From positions 118,890 through 177,888 of the forward strand of contig WELB01000008.1 of assembly GCA_009602725.1 (NCBI GenBank): DNA of 58,999 bases, given 5' to 3'. Shown in pieces: positions 23,365 to 38,361 of the stretch (position 1 is the stretch's first letter; every line of letters begins with the position of its first letter). Made by a program: the position numbers and the translations under genes. The notes beneath the pieces were generated by a model. That model did not search any database and had not been told where the DNA came from. It saw only the letters and a list, made by a program, of their open reading frames with translations. The stretch comes from Spirogloea muscicola (lineage: Eukaryota).

Positions 23365-26300
23365 ATGCTCGAGGACTGGGAGGCCAGCGACGGCCGCGGT
23401 GGCGACGACGACGGCGGCGGCGGGGGTCGCCATGCGGGCTCTCTCGACGGCCTCGGCGCCCCTGGAGGCTCGGGCCGGAGCTTCGCGGAGGATGCTGCTG
23501 GCACCAAGGCAGGCGCTCTGATCCGCCAGGCTCCTCTTGCTGGCCTACCTTGCTGGCCAGGGCCAGAAGGACGTTGCCGCTAGTGGCCACGCTTGCCTGA
23601 GCAACGCGAAGTTGCTGTGGCGGCCTCAGGCTGCGCCAGCGCTGCGGCCGGAGCAGAGCCCCATCTTTGGCGTGGAGATGCTGGAGCGGGACGCTGCGCA
23701 GGGCCACGGTCTTGTCACGTGTGCCGCTGCTGGCAACAACACCGTCGTGGTCGGGACCTCCCTCGGCTGGCTCGCCCGCTTCGACTTCTCTACTGGCGAA
23801 GCGAGAGGTGAGGCAAATGTTCATCTGTGCAACAACCTTTGATAACACAGGAGCTGCTATGCACGTCCTTGTGCCACTCTTATGTAGCGGCTCTCTTTGA
23901 CGACCAATCAAGGACATTATTCTGCGATTGGCGCGGCTGAGGCCTGCTAGAGTAGCAGTGTCATGGCCAGTACTTCGCGAGTACTGGCAGATATCAGCTT
24001 GAGTCATTCGAGGGGAAGCTTGGACTCGCCGGCAGTCCGCCGCATCTTTCTGGACCCCAGTGGAAGGCACACCATTGCTGCTCTGGTCGGTGGAGAAGCT
24101 GTATATGTACATGCGAGGTGGACTGCCGGCAGGCCCATCAGCCGCCTCAAGGGCCTCAACCTCAACGCCATTGCCTGGCACAGGCAGCAGGCATCTGATG
24201 GTACAGCATGGGCTCCCTTACTCCTCTGCATCTGAGCAATAGATCTCTGAAACAGACGATGTGACTGACTAGACCAGGACAGATTTTGTGCACCTTTGAT
24301 GTATAAGACCGCATACTTGATGTATGGTCAGTCAGCACCAGGGAGATTGTAGCGGCAACAGAGGAAGGTCAATTACTAGAGCTGCTCATTGAGGAGCGAG
24401 AGAAGAGGGAGAAGTACGTGCGTTTGCTTTATGAGCCGGCAGGCGAAAACAGAGAGCCATTTTCAGATGTGCAGGTGCTGAGCAATTTCCTTGCCCCGCT
24501 TCTTAACAGTAGTGGCTCAATGCGAGCCTTTATTATATAAGCCAGATTCACACCCTTACTGTCATTATGCGGTATCCAAAAGATGAGAGGGAAGTAAGAG
24601 CAATAATTCATCAGCAAGACATAGCATTTTGAGCTTCTGAGCTGGGGGGTTTGTAGATGGAGACTACAGGGACAGCACCGAGCCTTCGCTACTTCGTGAT
24701 GGCAGTGACTCCTACAAGACTCTATGTCTTCACAGGAGTAGGAACTCTCGAGGTAGGTTGCTCATGGAGCTGTGTTACCATCAAGCTGTTTGCTCCAGCA
24801 TAGTATCCATCCATTTCATGCAGTGATAATCTCTCTCTGACATGTATGTGTTCTAAGGTGTACAACTCTTATCTTGCAAATGTCAAGGGACTTATCGATC
24901 AGGTTCCTAGTTACACCCACTGCTTTGTCTTTGCATTGTGCCATTGGTGTCTACAATAGGACATAGGGGCTGTGATGATTCGAGCAGCACTACAGATGCT
25001 CTGCTTATAACCTCTACCGGTTGCTTTTGACGGAGCAGGCTGTCTTCACTCCATATTCTACTCAGCTGCCCAGATATACAGAGCTTCCGAGCACCTACAA
25101 TGCCAGGTCTCTTGCGCAATTCCGTCAAGGACATAGTCCTTCAAGCACTGAGCCTCTAGCAGCTCCATTCTTAAGGACCTCTTCTTATAAGACTTGTTGG
25201 CAGGAAAAGCAGTCTGGAAAGTGGAAGAAAAAAGAGCCAATGACTGTTACATGGATGTTTTGCATGAGCGATTGGGTTAATCAATGATACAGATCATGGG
25301 TGTTGGCCCGCTATTGGCCCGCTGATTGCCTTCAGCTTAAATTTCATTAGCAAGTGTGTGTCTGCTTGCAGCGAGCTGCACTTTTTTGGCAAAGCTCGAA
25401 GGCGGCCAGAGCAGTTTGCCTGGCTAGCGGGGCCCGGCATTCTCCATGGTCATCTCACGCTGTCTCCAATCAGGTGCCTCCTTGGTGCACTTGTGAGGGC
25501 CCTCTACAGTGTGTGACCCTGTGATGCCTTGTATCTGCACAGCATTCTACTATACCAGCCGCAGACTTTGGGTGCTGGGTTGATGTTAGCAAATGAGTTG
25601 CTTACTGACTTGCTCCTTATTGCAATGCTTTGCAGTGCTTCCACTGGCATTGAGGAGTTTGCTTACGTACAAAGTAAGTGGTTGCTGGAGTACTCAAAGT
25701 TGGAAGATATCACTGTTGCTTCTGACGAGCAAAGTGCCCCTGCCAGCACCACCAACAGCAGGCCCCTCTCCCTCGCTGTCACTGAGTACCATTTCTTGCT
25801 GCTTTTTCCAAATAAGCTGAAGGTGATCACGTTCATCTCCTTGTTAGGAAAGGCAGTTGCTGTTGGCCGTCAACTTTACTTCTCCCTGTGCTGTCCTTCT
25901 TTGAAATTACCATAGCATACACCTAGGTGCAGGTCATCTCTTATCTTCATTGCTCGTTTTTATGAGCAACTGCTGACCATGTAGGTGCTCAATCACATAT
26001 TTGCAGTAGCCTGTATAAACTGTTGGCAAGGGTTGCAGTTGAGTTACGATATACTACTGGTGACCTCAGGTTGTGAACAGGGTGAACCAGGCAGTGGTCG
26101 AAGTCGAAGTTTTTGGAGCAAGACTGGAGGTCGGATCCAAGGGCATGCTGGGATCGACAGAAGACCCTGCTGCTGGCACAGTATACGCCTTTAGTGAAAC
26201 GTCATTGTACGAGGTACAACTCTTGTGTCTTCAGTGATGCATAGAGATCGAAATATGTAACAGTACCTCCAAGTAATGATCATTTTTATTACAGATGCCT

Positions 26301-29300
26301 CTTATATTGTTCAAAAGAGAACATAACATATGACCTGCTAGTTCATTGTTGGGCGTCAATGTGGCTAATCTGTGATAGTGGTTGACTGAGGCATCTTATT
26401 GATGGGCAATGTGTTGGGCAACTAGTATCACAGATCTCGTCCACCGACGAGGCCAGAAATATGTGGAGGGTTCACCTTCTGCGCAAGGAGTACGCTGCAG
26501 CACTAAGCCACTGCCGTAGCGATGCACAAAGAGATCAAGTCAACTTGGCGCAGGTATATTGCTGCAATTAGAAAGGGGACTCTCTTCTCAGTAAATGTCT
26601 GGCTCATGACGTCATTCTGGTGACTTTGTGGGGCCATAACGTGCACTGCACACTATGATTTGGGAGCCTGTTGCTTCAGGCACTTGCTGGCACCTTGATG
26701 TATCTGTATGCCATGTCACAATAATGTGAAAGCTGCAGGAGTTGATCCCTAGAGCACACGACCGATCGCTCATTTCAACAGTTGTACAGAAGGGAGTGTT
26801 TTGATTCACAGGGAGGTATTCCTGAGAGGGATCGAATTGAGCAGTCATGCTACCACGGTGCTGATTGTTGTGCCATCGCTCACAGGCAGAAGAGGCCTTC
26901 GCTCAGGGAGATTATGACAGAGCAGCCTCCTTTTATGCCAAAGTAATCAGCTAAACTGTTTAGGACTACATCGAATATGCATCTTCAGTTGTGCGCCGAA
27001 ATGACTAGAGGTTGCAGTATGCCCTTGCTTGTGTGTTGGTTATGACAAGCAGGATAAGGGCTTCTTCAAGTAGCTGTTGTTGATAATACAGCAGCAAGTC
27101 TGCAAGCAGGAAGCAGTAACCGCAATGCATACTTCCTCATTCCAGATAGGCAGCTCCGCAACCTTTGAAGAGATTACACTTAAGTTCATAGCAGTACAGG
27201 CCCAGGTAACCAATTTTGCAGAAGCCCTAAGCTAATAGCAATATCTGTCGCTCACATCCGCCTCTTGCTGATATTTGCAAGTTTGCAAGTATGTTATTCA
27301 TTGAAGCATTGCATATGGTAGTGGTCAAGTGCCAACCCCTTTCTTAAAGCTAATACTGACATAGGCTACTGAAGCTGAGCATGTGTTTGTCAATAGTTTT
27401 GCATTTCGCTTCTAGTTTAAGTATCATGTGTGTCTCTCATGTCTGTAGCTGACAGATTTCATGTCTGCCTTACAGGATGCACTGCGAAACTTCTTGCTAT
27501 ATAAGCTTGATCACCTTGCAAAAGAGGTGAGTACTTCTTTAAAGGTTGCTGTCATCGTATCGCTGTTGTGAGATCCCAATAACCCCTCATGTGACTTGAT
27601 TACTGATGTGCAGGATAGAACCCAGATCACCATGGTAGCTACCTGGACTCTAGAGCTTTATCTTGACAAGGTATTTGTTCACAACTTATCATCATGCACC
27701 ATGGTAATGCTGACGGGCTGAGAAACTAGATGGTTGTCTGTGCTGATGAGCGTGGAGCAGGTCTTCGCTTCAGATCAAACCTTTTAACCTGACTGCTACT
27801 AGTCCAGACTACCTTAACAAGCAGATCTTGGATTTTGCGATCTTTTTGGTGTGAGCACCAGATCAATTATATTCTGCTTCACAGTGATGAACTACAAACG
27901 AAGTACAGAGGAGGACCTGCTAAGGAGGTTGTGGATGAGGACATAGAAGATGGGTCTGAGCATGAAGAGTACAAGAAATTGGTGCAAGAGTTTAGGGCGT
28001 TTCTGAGTGATAACAAGGATGCTCTCGACGAAGCCACAACAATGATGCTGTTGAGCAGGTCAGCTTGTAGATAGCTGTTGAACCATACTTGCCACTCTTC
28101 AACCTGTGTATTGCATGAGATGTTTCCATTTCCATACTGGAAAGATGCATACTCGAATACAAGCCAGTAAGCATGCAAAGCTACAACAGGCCATTTGTGC
28201 TGGCCTCCAGTACGTCTCATGTCAGGAAACTTGCCAGGTTACATACAATACAGCTGAGATTGCAACACAATCTTGCTACCAATCAGGAGTAAGGCTTCTA
28301 GATCCAAGAAATGTCGCATGCTTCCAACTTCGTTGCAGTTATGGAAGGAATGAAGAGCTCCTATATTTCGCATCATTGCGTGAACAGCATGAGTTTGTGG
28401 TGCGCACTCACATCCAGGTATTGAATCATATATCGACACCACAATCTACCTGATAATAGAGTTGTCCTTACCGTTCAGCCTTCCTGATCTATATTGAGCT
28501 GTAAAACAAGCATCTTGGCTGTCAGATGCAGTATGTCTTTGACGGGAAATGTGGAAGCCAGCTGGAGCCATCAGAGTCTATAGCTTTGTTCTTAGTCTAC
28601 CTTGTGCAGAATCACGATGCCAAGAAGGCGCTAGCTACGCTTCGGCGGCCACGGGTGCCTGTGGAGCTTCAGGTAGTCTGCAGTGCAAAGATTTCTGAAG
28701 CTTGAACTGAAAAACGATTTATGTCACAGGACTGCGCAGTAATAATAAAAATCTGTTGTCTGTGCAGTATGCATTTGCTCCACAGCTGATTACGTTGGAT
28801 CCTCAAGGGACGATTGATGCATGGGTGGCAGCCGGTGCTTTACTTGATCCTCGGCGCCTCATGCCAGCTTTGATTCGAGACACCAGCACCTTAAAGTAAC
28901 TCCTTGGCAACTGCATTTGCATCTTCTTAGCTTCATGACATGTTTTGATTCGTCGGACTCTAATTTCCTATCTTAGGCAGCTCTTCCATATGAGCCCACT
29001 TGACCAAAAGGCTGCCCAGTCCGTCACATTTCTCCACTCCACTTCTTTTTCATTCTACGTGCACTGTGCACATTCTCTTCACTTCACTATGTCATGCCCT
29101 TACCTCAGTGGCGGGACCATTGCACCAAATACATTTTCTTTGAAAAGCATAGAAAGACGATCCAAGGAGAAGCATATACAAGCCAGCCCAAAGTGCATAT
29201 ATTTCTTGAGCTTCTCGTTTCCTAAACAGGGCTGCTTGTTTGACAATTTGTAAGCAGGGGTGGAGATGTTGAGATTGTCAGATACTTGGAATACTGTGTG

Positions 29301-31559
29301 AGAAAGCTAAGATCCGAGGATCCAGCCATTCACAATCTCTTGCTATCTTTGTATGCAAAGCGGGTGCGTCAACTCTAGCCTCTCATTGAACAAGCAGCTC
29401 CGCATCTTTGTGCCCAAATGCATGGGCTGTGTTATCTTCCCCATCATCCCTTTGCATCTGTTCCCCTGATACAATATTCCCTCAGATTCTTATCCTACAG
29501 CAATGCAAGGACCTTGAATATCTGCTCAATTCCAGGCACCGCAAGTATGTCCTTCTTACTTCTAGACTGAATAGGATACAGTAAGGAATGTCAACTATGC
29601 TTTGGTGTCCTTTCAGGAAGATGAAGCTGCATTACTTCAATTTTTGGGATCAGTACCTGGCGGCGCAGGCGTGGAAGGCGAGCCAAAGTATGACACAAAG
29701 CTGGCCTTGCGCCTCTGCATGGAGCACAAGCGCGTACGTGCCTGTGCGCACATCTACAGCTTCATGGGGATGCACAGAGAGGCAGTTTCCCTCGCTCTGA
29801 AGGTACTGCAGTAACTCGACCTTCATAGTGACGCAATGCTAATTCTTCTCATTTGAATCAGCTGATTGGCTAGTAGCTCGACGACAGCATGGACAATGCA
29901 GATGAAGACCGGGCAACATGACTGTGTAGGTGGACCTGGAGCTTGCCAAGAAGGAGGTTAGGAAAGTGGAAGGTGATGAGGAGCTACGCAAGAAGCTCTG
30001 GTTGATGATTGCTAAATTTGTAATCGAACAAGGAGGCAAGAAGGACGTGAAAATGGCGGTTGACCTGCTCCATGAGACAGATGGGCTGCTTCACATTGAA
30101 GACATCCTGCCTTTCTGCCCTGAATTCACTCTTATTGATGACTTTAAGGTCTGCTTCTCGCTCTTCTTAGATTCTTGACTTGCTACATGCCAGTCAATCT
30201 GCAAGGCTCAACTTGATGTAGTTTTTTATCCTCTATTCCGTTACATTGGCTTCACTGACCACGGAGCTGAGTGACTCTCACTGACAAAGAGCTGCTTGGA
30301 CACTGAGTGGCACCATATGGCAGGAAGCTGTTTGCGAGTCTTTGGAGAGATACAAGGAGCAGATAGAGGAGCTTAAGGGCGAAATGGCGGCAGCCACACG
30401 GTGTGCAGACGCTATTCGCGCTGACATTGCAGCTCTTGCCAGGCGCCATGCTGTTATTCACGAAGATGATACCTGTAGTGTACGTAACCCAAGGGGCACT
30501 CTCTTCTCAGCTGATGACAAGATCCTTTTGGATTGTAGCTGCTCCTGCATGTTGTAATGTTTAACGCTGTTAATTCGCTGGGCAACAAATATTATAATAC
30601 TCCAGAAGAGAGGAGAGTCCAGCAAAGAGCAGAGTGCACATGCTTGACAAATGAGTGGAGATAGGAGATTATACCTACTGTGTACTCATGGCGCTTGGGA
30701 GTAGTGATCGTGCAAGTTTGAAGATGCTTGAGACAATGTCAGTAAGACAATCAGGTCAGCCTCACTGTTGCTGCATGCGAACCTGCAGATGTGCTCAAAG
30801 CCTCTCATAGCAACAAGTGGATTGGGTGCTGAATGGCCTTTGCAACTTGCTCCATTTTATGCCTTCCCTTGCGGACACTCCTTTCACTCGTCGTGCCTCA
30901 CATCCCATGTCCTTCGGCACTCCACTTCCTCTGAGGTGAGACAAGCTAGTCTGGTCATGCGCGCAGCCTCACTTATGGATGGTTGCCTGGACTTGCACAT
31001 TGTTGCAGTGCAAGAGGATCTACAAGTTGTATGTAGAAAGTTGAGGCTTTTGATTCTGGTCAAAAGGTGAGATTCTGTTCTGCCAGATTATAGGGGACTG
31101 ATTCACCTGGCTCTTGTCACAGTTTTGCCGTGGCTTAGTCATGACCATATGTCCTGCTGCTGCAGAGAGAGGTGATTGAGCGCTTGAAGCAGGACCTTAT
31201 TAAATTGCTGGAAATCTCAAAGGGCACCAGCAGCAAGGACAAGCCTGGCCAGGGCCCTGAGATCAGCTCACAAATGGAGCAGGTACATTGACCTCAGTAT
31301 TCTATGCATGTCCTTGGACTTGCAGTTAAACTCCAAAATGTATGCCAATCGTCTACAAGGGCACTTGAGATATTGATTGTGATCGGCTCTATTGATGCTG
31401 CAGATCAGAACTGGCTTGGACCAGGCAGTGGCTAGTGAGTGCCCCTTCTGTGGGGAGCTCATGGTGCGAGAGATTGCAGAACCTTTTGTTGGCCCGGAGG
31501 AAAAGGATGTCGCCAAGAAGTGGGAGCTGCGGACACCTCCTGCTCCAACAGTGAGGTAG
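23365..31559 (+). CDS. VPS18: Vacuolar protein sorting-associated protein 18 (HOPS/CORVET subunit), many exons
   Basis: N-terminus FGVEMLERDAAQGHGLVTCAAAGN; LAVTEYHFLLL; ATFEEITLKF; ATWTLELYLDK; LRKKLWLMIAK; IEDILPF..DFK; RING segments FPCGHSFHSSC and CPFCG. Stop at 31557-31559; start approximate. Confidence 0.94.
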
Positions 31560-32511
31560 AGCTCATCCTGCCACGGAGGGTGTCTGCTCGTTGTGGTCTT
31601 ACCTTGGATTTGACTCCGAAATTTGGAAACCTGTGTGTGATCATGGTAGTCAATTGTCAGTCACAAGCCATTGATGAGTATGTTCATGACGCCCGGCGCA
31701 TAGAATGCCGGGTGATTGTAGGCCACTGGCCTCCTGCATGGCTCTCTTTAGCTGGTCAGCAAGGAGCATCATCATTGTTAAAGCGACGGTCCCATATCAC
31801 AGAGGCGGCTCACATGGTGGTTGCTAGAGTAGGTCCACTGGCTACTTTGAAAGTCACATGGAGGCACCTTGACAGGTGTATGGCGTAGGTCTGCATATGC
31901 AGGTTGCTAGCTATTTTTTGGTGATCGAGCTTCTTTTGCCACTTGATTACGCATGTGAAAGCCACTTCCTTTGAACGTCATTATGCACACTGCAAGTCAG
32001 ACGGGGTGTCCCGTGCAGACGAAGGAGAATGCATTTCATCACGTGTAGGTGACTGATGCTCCGTGGTCACTTGCAAAGGGAGCGGGTAATAGACACTATG
32101 ATGGTCAATCAATGATACACCTTGCCCTTTCGGGTAAACCCAATCTGGCCCTTGACCTCATGCACATCACAGTCTGCACAGCGAATGCTGGACGAGGTGC
32201 ATCCGTGCAGTCAGTAGACTAGGCAGTGCACCATGTGCATTATGGTCGAGGAGGCTAGACAAGTGCTGCGGTGGTCCTCGAAATACTGTCAGACCTTGCA
32301 GAGCTAGTAGTAACAGATTGGCAAAAGTACAAGGCCGGCATCCAGCATCAGTGCGCCGAAATTACGGCTGCCAGATGAAGAACATATCAAGCATCCAGAG
32401 CTGTAGGAGCTCTGAGCAGTAGATTGGAGGTCTGTAGTGCTTCTTGGGAAGCGACACCATAACTGGCTGCATACACAAAATACGTTGCAGTGTAGAGTTC
32501 CGCAATGTGCG

Positions 32512-33103
32512 TCAGGTGATAGCCGGCGGCTTGATTGCGACCTTGTACGTCTTCACGTACGAGTAAGAGGGGGACTTCCAGTCGCCGAGCTGGAGCTGTG
32601 CGGTGACGTTCATCAGCACGGTGAGTGGGACGATGCCAGCCTTCTCGTCGGCCTCGAGGTAGTGCCCAACACCTGGCACGGGAACTTGAGTTGCGACGAA
32701 CTCGGCCTGGACAGATGTGGTGTTGAGCGGGCCCTGGTAGAAGTCAGGGATGCGGGCAGTCCCGAGCTGCGCGCCCTGGTACGACAGCACGAAGCTGCTG
32801 TGCGCGTAGCGGATGCCGACGCGGCGGTTGGGGTTGGAGGCCTCGGCCTGCAGCAAGACGTCGGCGTAGAGGTACACGAGCGGCGTGGCGCGGCCGTCGA
32901 CGACCTCGGTGGTGTTGAGCGCGCCGGTGGCGTCCTTCCACGACACCCAGTACTGGACGTTGAGGCCGGCGAGGCCGTAGTGCGGCCGGGCCGGGCGCAC
33001 GACGGCGTACGTAGCGACGAGCGCGGCGGCAGTCGCGAGGAGCGCCAGCAGCAGCAGGCCGCCGGCGAGGAGGCAGCAGCGGCGGGCGCGGGCGGAGGCG
33101 CCG
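32512..33103 (-). CDS. NDR1/HIN1-like (LEA_2 domain) membrane protein; 5' end lies in the gap
   Basis: RRCC followed by a hydrophobic helix and VVRP..P, then NPNRRVGIRY, G..IPDFYQGP and VPLTV. Intronless in the visible part. Confidence 0.85.
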
Positions 33104-33187
<84 letters not shown>

Positions 33188-33929
33188 NNNNNNNNNNNNN
33201 NNNNNNNNNNNNNNNNNNNNNNNNNNNNNNNNNNNNNNNNNNNNNNNNNNNNNNNNNNNNNNNNNNNNNNNNNNNNNNNNNNNNNNNNNNNNNNNNNNNN
33301 NNNNNNNNNNNNNNNNNNNNNNNNNNNNNNNNNNNNNNNNNNNNNNNNNNNNNNNNNNNNNNNNNNNNNNNNNNNNNNNNNNNNNNNNNNNNNNNNNNNN
33401 NNNNNNNNNNNNNNNNNNNNNNNNNNNNNNNNNNNNNNNNNNNNNNNNNNNNNNNNNNNNNNNNNNNNNNNNNNNNNNNNNNNNNNNNNNNNNNNNNNNN
33501 NNNNNNNNNNNNNNNNNNNNNNNNNNNNNNNNNNNNNNNNNNNNNNNNNNNNNNNNNNNNNNNNNNNNNNNNNNNNNNNNNNNNNNNNNNNGTCCGCGCC
33601 GCGGCCGGTGGCGGCTCTCGCGGCGGGGCCGGCGGCGGCTTCGTGGGCGAGGGGGGCCGCTGGCCGGCGGCGGGGCTGGGCGAGGAGTGGAGCCCCTCCG
33701 GAGGAGGGAGGGAGGAGGGAGGGGGGGCTGGGCCCCCACCAAACTCCCCGCCCCGGCGGCTGTGGCGGGCGCACCTGGGAGGCGCCCTGGCGGTGCCGGA
33801 CGTTCGGCCCGTAGCAGGGCGCACAGGTGCTGTCTGCGGATATGTTACTGTAGCGAGCACCTGGGAGGCGGGTCAGGAGCTTGGACCAGATCGCCCGCGA
33901 AGCTCGAGCTGTGCCCGCCGGACGGTTCT

Positions 33930-34340
33930 TCGTCCGGCGCTTTTTGCTCATTCTTTCTTCTGGATTGTCTTTCACTGGCTTCCTCTGGCCCCCTTCTCGT
34001 TCTTTGTTCATTCAATGGGCGAGCTCTTTCTTTCACCCGAGGCGGCTCCTACCCACAGCTGGACGCGCTCTCTTCTAGCTGGCCTCTCACAGCCCTCCTG
34101 ATCAGAGATGCCAGGCTCCTGGAAGTGGGCCCCCTGGCCAGAGCCAGAGGCAGCCGGAAGAGCAGTTTCTCATCTGCGGCTGCTTCGCAGGGGTTTCTGA
34201 GTGAGTCGTAGCTCCTTTGCTTCTTTGTGTGCTTGTTTATCTTAGCGCTTTTCCCTGGCCCCCCTTCTCGTACTCTGTTCATTCTTTTTTGGGCTGGCTT
34301 TTCCAGCCCCTATCGTCGATTTGGCGAGCACTGTCTCTTC
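33930..34340 (+). mobile_element. CRE-like retroelement 3' remnants
   Basis: Same tail sequences as at 100-185 and 9600-9720, plus an inverted fragment at 34100-34155. Confidence 0.7.
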
Positions 34341-34530
34341 CGGACAACAGCTCTTCCAAAGTAACGCAGTGGCTGCGAGAGGCCAGCACTGAGGCCTCAA
34401 AGGCCCTCGCCCCCTGTAGAAGTGCACATATTTTCACAGCCATTGCCTTTCCTGTCAAAAGGCAGCCAACCCATCCATGAAGAATGTCTGAAGGGGCCGG
34501 ACGGCGTTGCTCAGACGTTTCCCGGAGACT

Positions 34531-35086
<556 letters not shown>

Positions 35087-35244
35087 CTTTGCACTTTCTG
35101 CATTTTCTGCCTGAGCAATGTATGGGCTTGAATTGGCCTCGCTTTTATTACATGCGCACCGCGCGCCTTCTCTCTGACCTGCGCCTGGCCAACAGGGAAT
35201 GTTGAGCTCCCAGTGGGCCACTAGAGTGGCGCACTAGAGTCGCT

Positions 35245-36110
35245 GTGTCCTTCAGCGTTTGTCTGGCCCCCTTCGAACTGGGTTCATTCGTATCTGGGCT
35301 GGCCGATCACAGCCATCGCCCTCGTCTGGAAGAGTCTTTCCTTCTATGGCTCGACTTGCTTCACCGCCTTGCGCGGCGTGCAGCGGCCCGCCGCCTCGGG
35401 CAGCAGGGCGAGCAGCCCGGCTTCAATGTCGCCGGGTCCCTCGCTCAAGTCTTCCGAATGCGTTTGGCCATCTCGATACAGCGGTCCCTTGCCTTCGCGG
35501 TTCACTTGCGCGCAGGCCGAGCTTTGGCGGCGGCCTCCGGCTTCCGTGACGTCTTTCCGCCGGCTAGCTACTCAGACTTGCATCTCCTGACTAGAGCTTA
35601 CTGAGCGTTCCCTGGCTGATGTCTTAGTCCTAGTCCTTCGCACTCCGGCTCCTTCAGACCTTGTCCATTCCTTTGGGCTGGCCTTTCCCAGCCACCAGTC
35701 AATCTGGCCGCGCTTTCTTCTATGGGCGAGCACTTTTCTGCCTCTGCCAGCGGCCGTGCTCCCGCTGCTGCCTCTGGCTATCGTCAGGGGGATTGTTTAC
35801 CGCTAGCTAGTTTGTCGGATTTGAGGCTCCTCACTCGTTGCCATGGAGTGCTTCATCCTACCCCAGTTTTGAGGTTGCGCTTCTGGCCCCTTCGTAATTT
35901 GGCCCATTCGAACCTTGTCAATTTCGGGCTGGCTCCTCACAGCCCTTGCCCCCATTGGGAGGTCCACTTCTTTCTTTCCAGCTGCAAGTTACTCCGACTT
36001 GCGGCTGCTGACTCGCAGCTACTAACTCTCATCGCTCTAGTCTCTTGCATAGGTGTGTGGCGTTTCCATCTTTCCAGCACTTTGGACCTTGTCCATTCAT
36101 TCTGTCCTTC
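35245..36110 (+). mobile_element. CRE-like retroelement 3' remnants (RLE C-terminus plus tails)
   Basis: WLDLLHRLARRAAARR...RMRLAISIQRSLAFAVHLRAGRALAAASG. 35560-35685 closely matches the reverse complement of 10805-10930. Confidence 0.75.
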
Positions 36111-38361
36111 TCCTTCCTGGGCTGTCTTTCGCAGCCCCCGCCCCCTTTCCAAAGCCACTTCCTTACCTCGCCCTACACTGCATGCGGCTGGTCCATTTCC
36201 GTGCAGCCCCCTTCTCATTCCCTTCTAGGAAGCCCCCTTTGGAAATGTGTACGTCCTTAGATGTGCTTGCCTTTGTACTCGGCCATTGTGGCCTTCCTTT
36301 ATTTCAAGTACATGAAATTTCCTTAAGATAAGCTTACTTCGAAGTAAGCTCTCCCAGGCTCATGCAGTGCTGCTCTTCCACAGTTACTTCTGCTGGCAGG
36401 CCGCGCTTTGGCTGTTGCTTCTGACTTCCGTCGGGGTTTAGGTAATTTTCACTTAGCCCTTGTCCATTCTGTGTGATGCTGGCCTGTGCTTCTTTCCTGC
36501 GTGCTAACTGCTTTCCATTTATGATGGGCATTGTCATTTCTTAGTGGGCTGGCCCTTTGCAGCCCTCGCTCCCACTCAAAGAGCTACTTCTACAACAGCC
36601 ACCGCCCCCAGTTGGAAAGGCCTCTCCCCGCTGCTAGTCAATACTGATTGGTAACTGAATTTGCTGAGTGACTAGCTGTAGGAGCCGCTTGTTTATGCTG
36701 ACTACTTGTCCATCAATTTGGAGCTTAGATCTACACCTCGTCGACATTTGGGCCCTTCCACAGCCGCCATCTCTTGGAAGAACGATACAAGAAGCGTACA
36801 AGGAGGGCGATGGCTGTGAAAGGCCAGGGCAAGTGAATACGTCCGAATGGGCTGAATGCACAAACAACACAGCGATGCCTGCTGCGAGTGGGTTCTGTTA
36901 TAGGAGCCACCTGCCACTAGCGACTGGCTCCCGCATTTGGGAGATCTGCATGTACCATACTGATCTATGATGCCTTCACTAGGAGAGAGGCTCTTCAAAG
37001 ATGCCATGACTGTGAAATGCCAATCCATGGGAAAGCCCGTTTGTGCCATAGTCCCTTGCAATGGTGGGGACTGTCAATGCCCACTCTTGGCTGCCTCCTC
37101 ACACTCAGTGCCCCTCCGTAAAGCCCCACCGTTTTCCTCCCCTTTCAAAGTCTATAATCCCGACAATACTGATCTGATGCTAGCCATCCTCCTGTTGCTG
37201 CTCGCCCACTTCTAATCATTTCTCTGGGCTTTGGTGGACGTAGCCACTGTCCCTTTAAGGAAGCGCAGTTATGCTCTGTCTGTATTTTCTGGGGCTGCTT
37301 CCTACGTAGCCGTTGCCCGTGACAGGGCTCAGGTTGACTTGTGGTGAGCCTTCCGCATTTCTGCAGGTCGCGCACTAGTGCTGTCGGGGTTCTTTGTTGG
37401 GGCTTGTCTCTTTCAGAAGTAATGTGCACCGCATTTGCCCCTTCTGTATGCTGGTAACAGAAAATGTCAATGGCCTCATAGCAGGAGCAGCGAAGGCAGC
37501 ATAGCTTCCTGTAGTGCAAGCAGTCTGAAAGTTCATGTTAACATTGGCCGGTATTGATTCGCAGAGCAAGGCGGCAGCATCACAAGCAACACGAAAGGGG
37601 GGGGGGGGTGTCCACGGTCTGCCAGTGGCACTTGTAAGTACCAACAAGCCTTTGTGTACTTCTGCATTGACAACACACTCTCAGGCAGGCCTGCAGCTAT
37701 CACCACACCAAAGGCTGCTGCAACAACTCTACGTGCACCCTCTTAGCAGGGATGCAAGATACACCAGCAAGATGTTCAAATGCCAGCCTGCATGACACTC
37801 TGGTCCAAGGCATCAGAAAGATGATATCCTGTCATAGAACTGCAGAGCGGATTAAGTGGGAAGCATGAGCCGAATTGGGCGCCAAGGCAAGCTCAGACGC
37901 TCCGCCACTAGAACCTTGTACAGGCCTAACTGGTTAAAGGAGCTACTTGCACACCTGCATCATATAGCAATCACCATACTGCACCATTCGGCACACAACA
38001 GTGACGCCCATACGTTGAAGCAGCAAGCACAGATTAAAGCTGTCCCGATTGCCTGATTCAATACTGCCAATTTCGTGTGCATCCTACTCCTACCTGCTGG
38101 ACATTGCCAGTTGCGCAGCTGCACTATGAAATGCACACGGTGACCAGCTCCACCTTGTCGGCGAGGGCCAGGCAACAGATGGGCACCAAAGAATGGGGGA
38201 TGGCACAGGGGCGGCCCGGCCTCAATGAAAAGCGCGCCTCGCTGTGCTCACAGTAAGGTGAGTAGTATAGACGGTCCTAATACCTTGTGGCTACACCTGC
38301 ACCTTGATTGCCTGGCCTACATTGCAAAGAGCTGAAGGTTTTTTGGGGTGATAAATGAGCT

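Noticed and set aside
36330..38340. Short ORFs between the repeat nest and XPO7
   Set aside because: No recognisable domain and no consistent splice structure.
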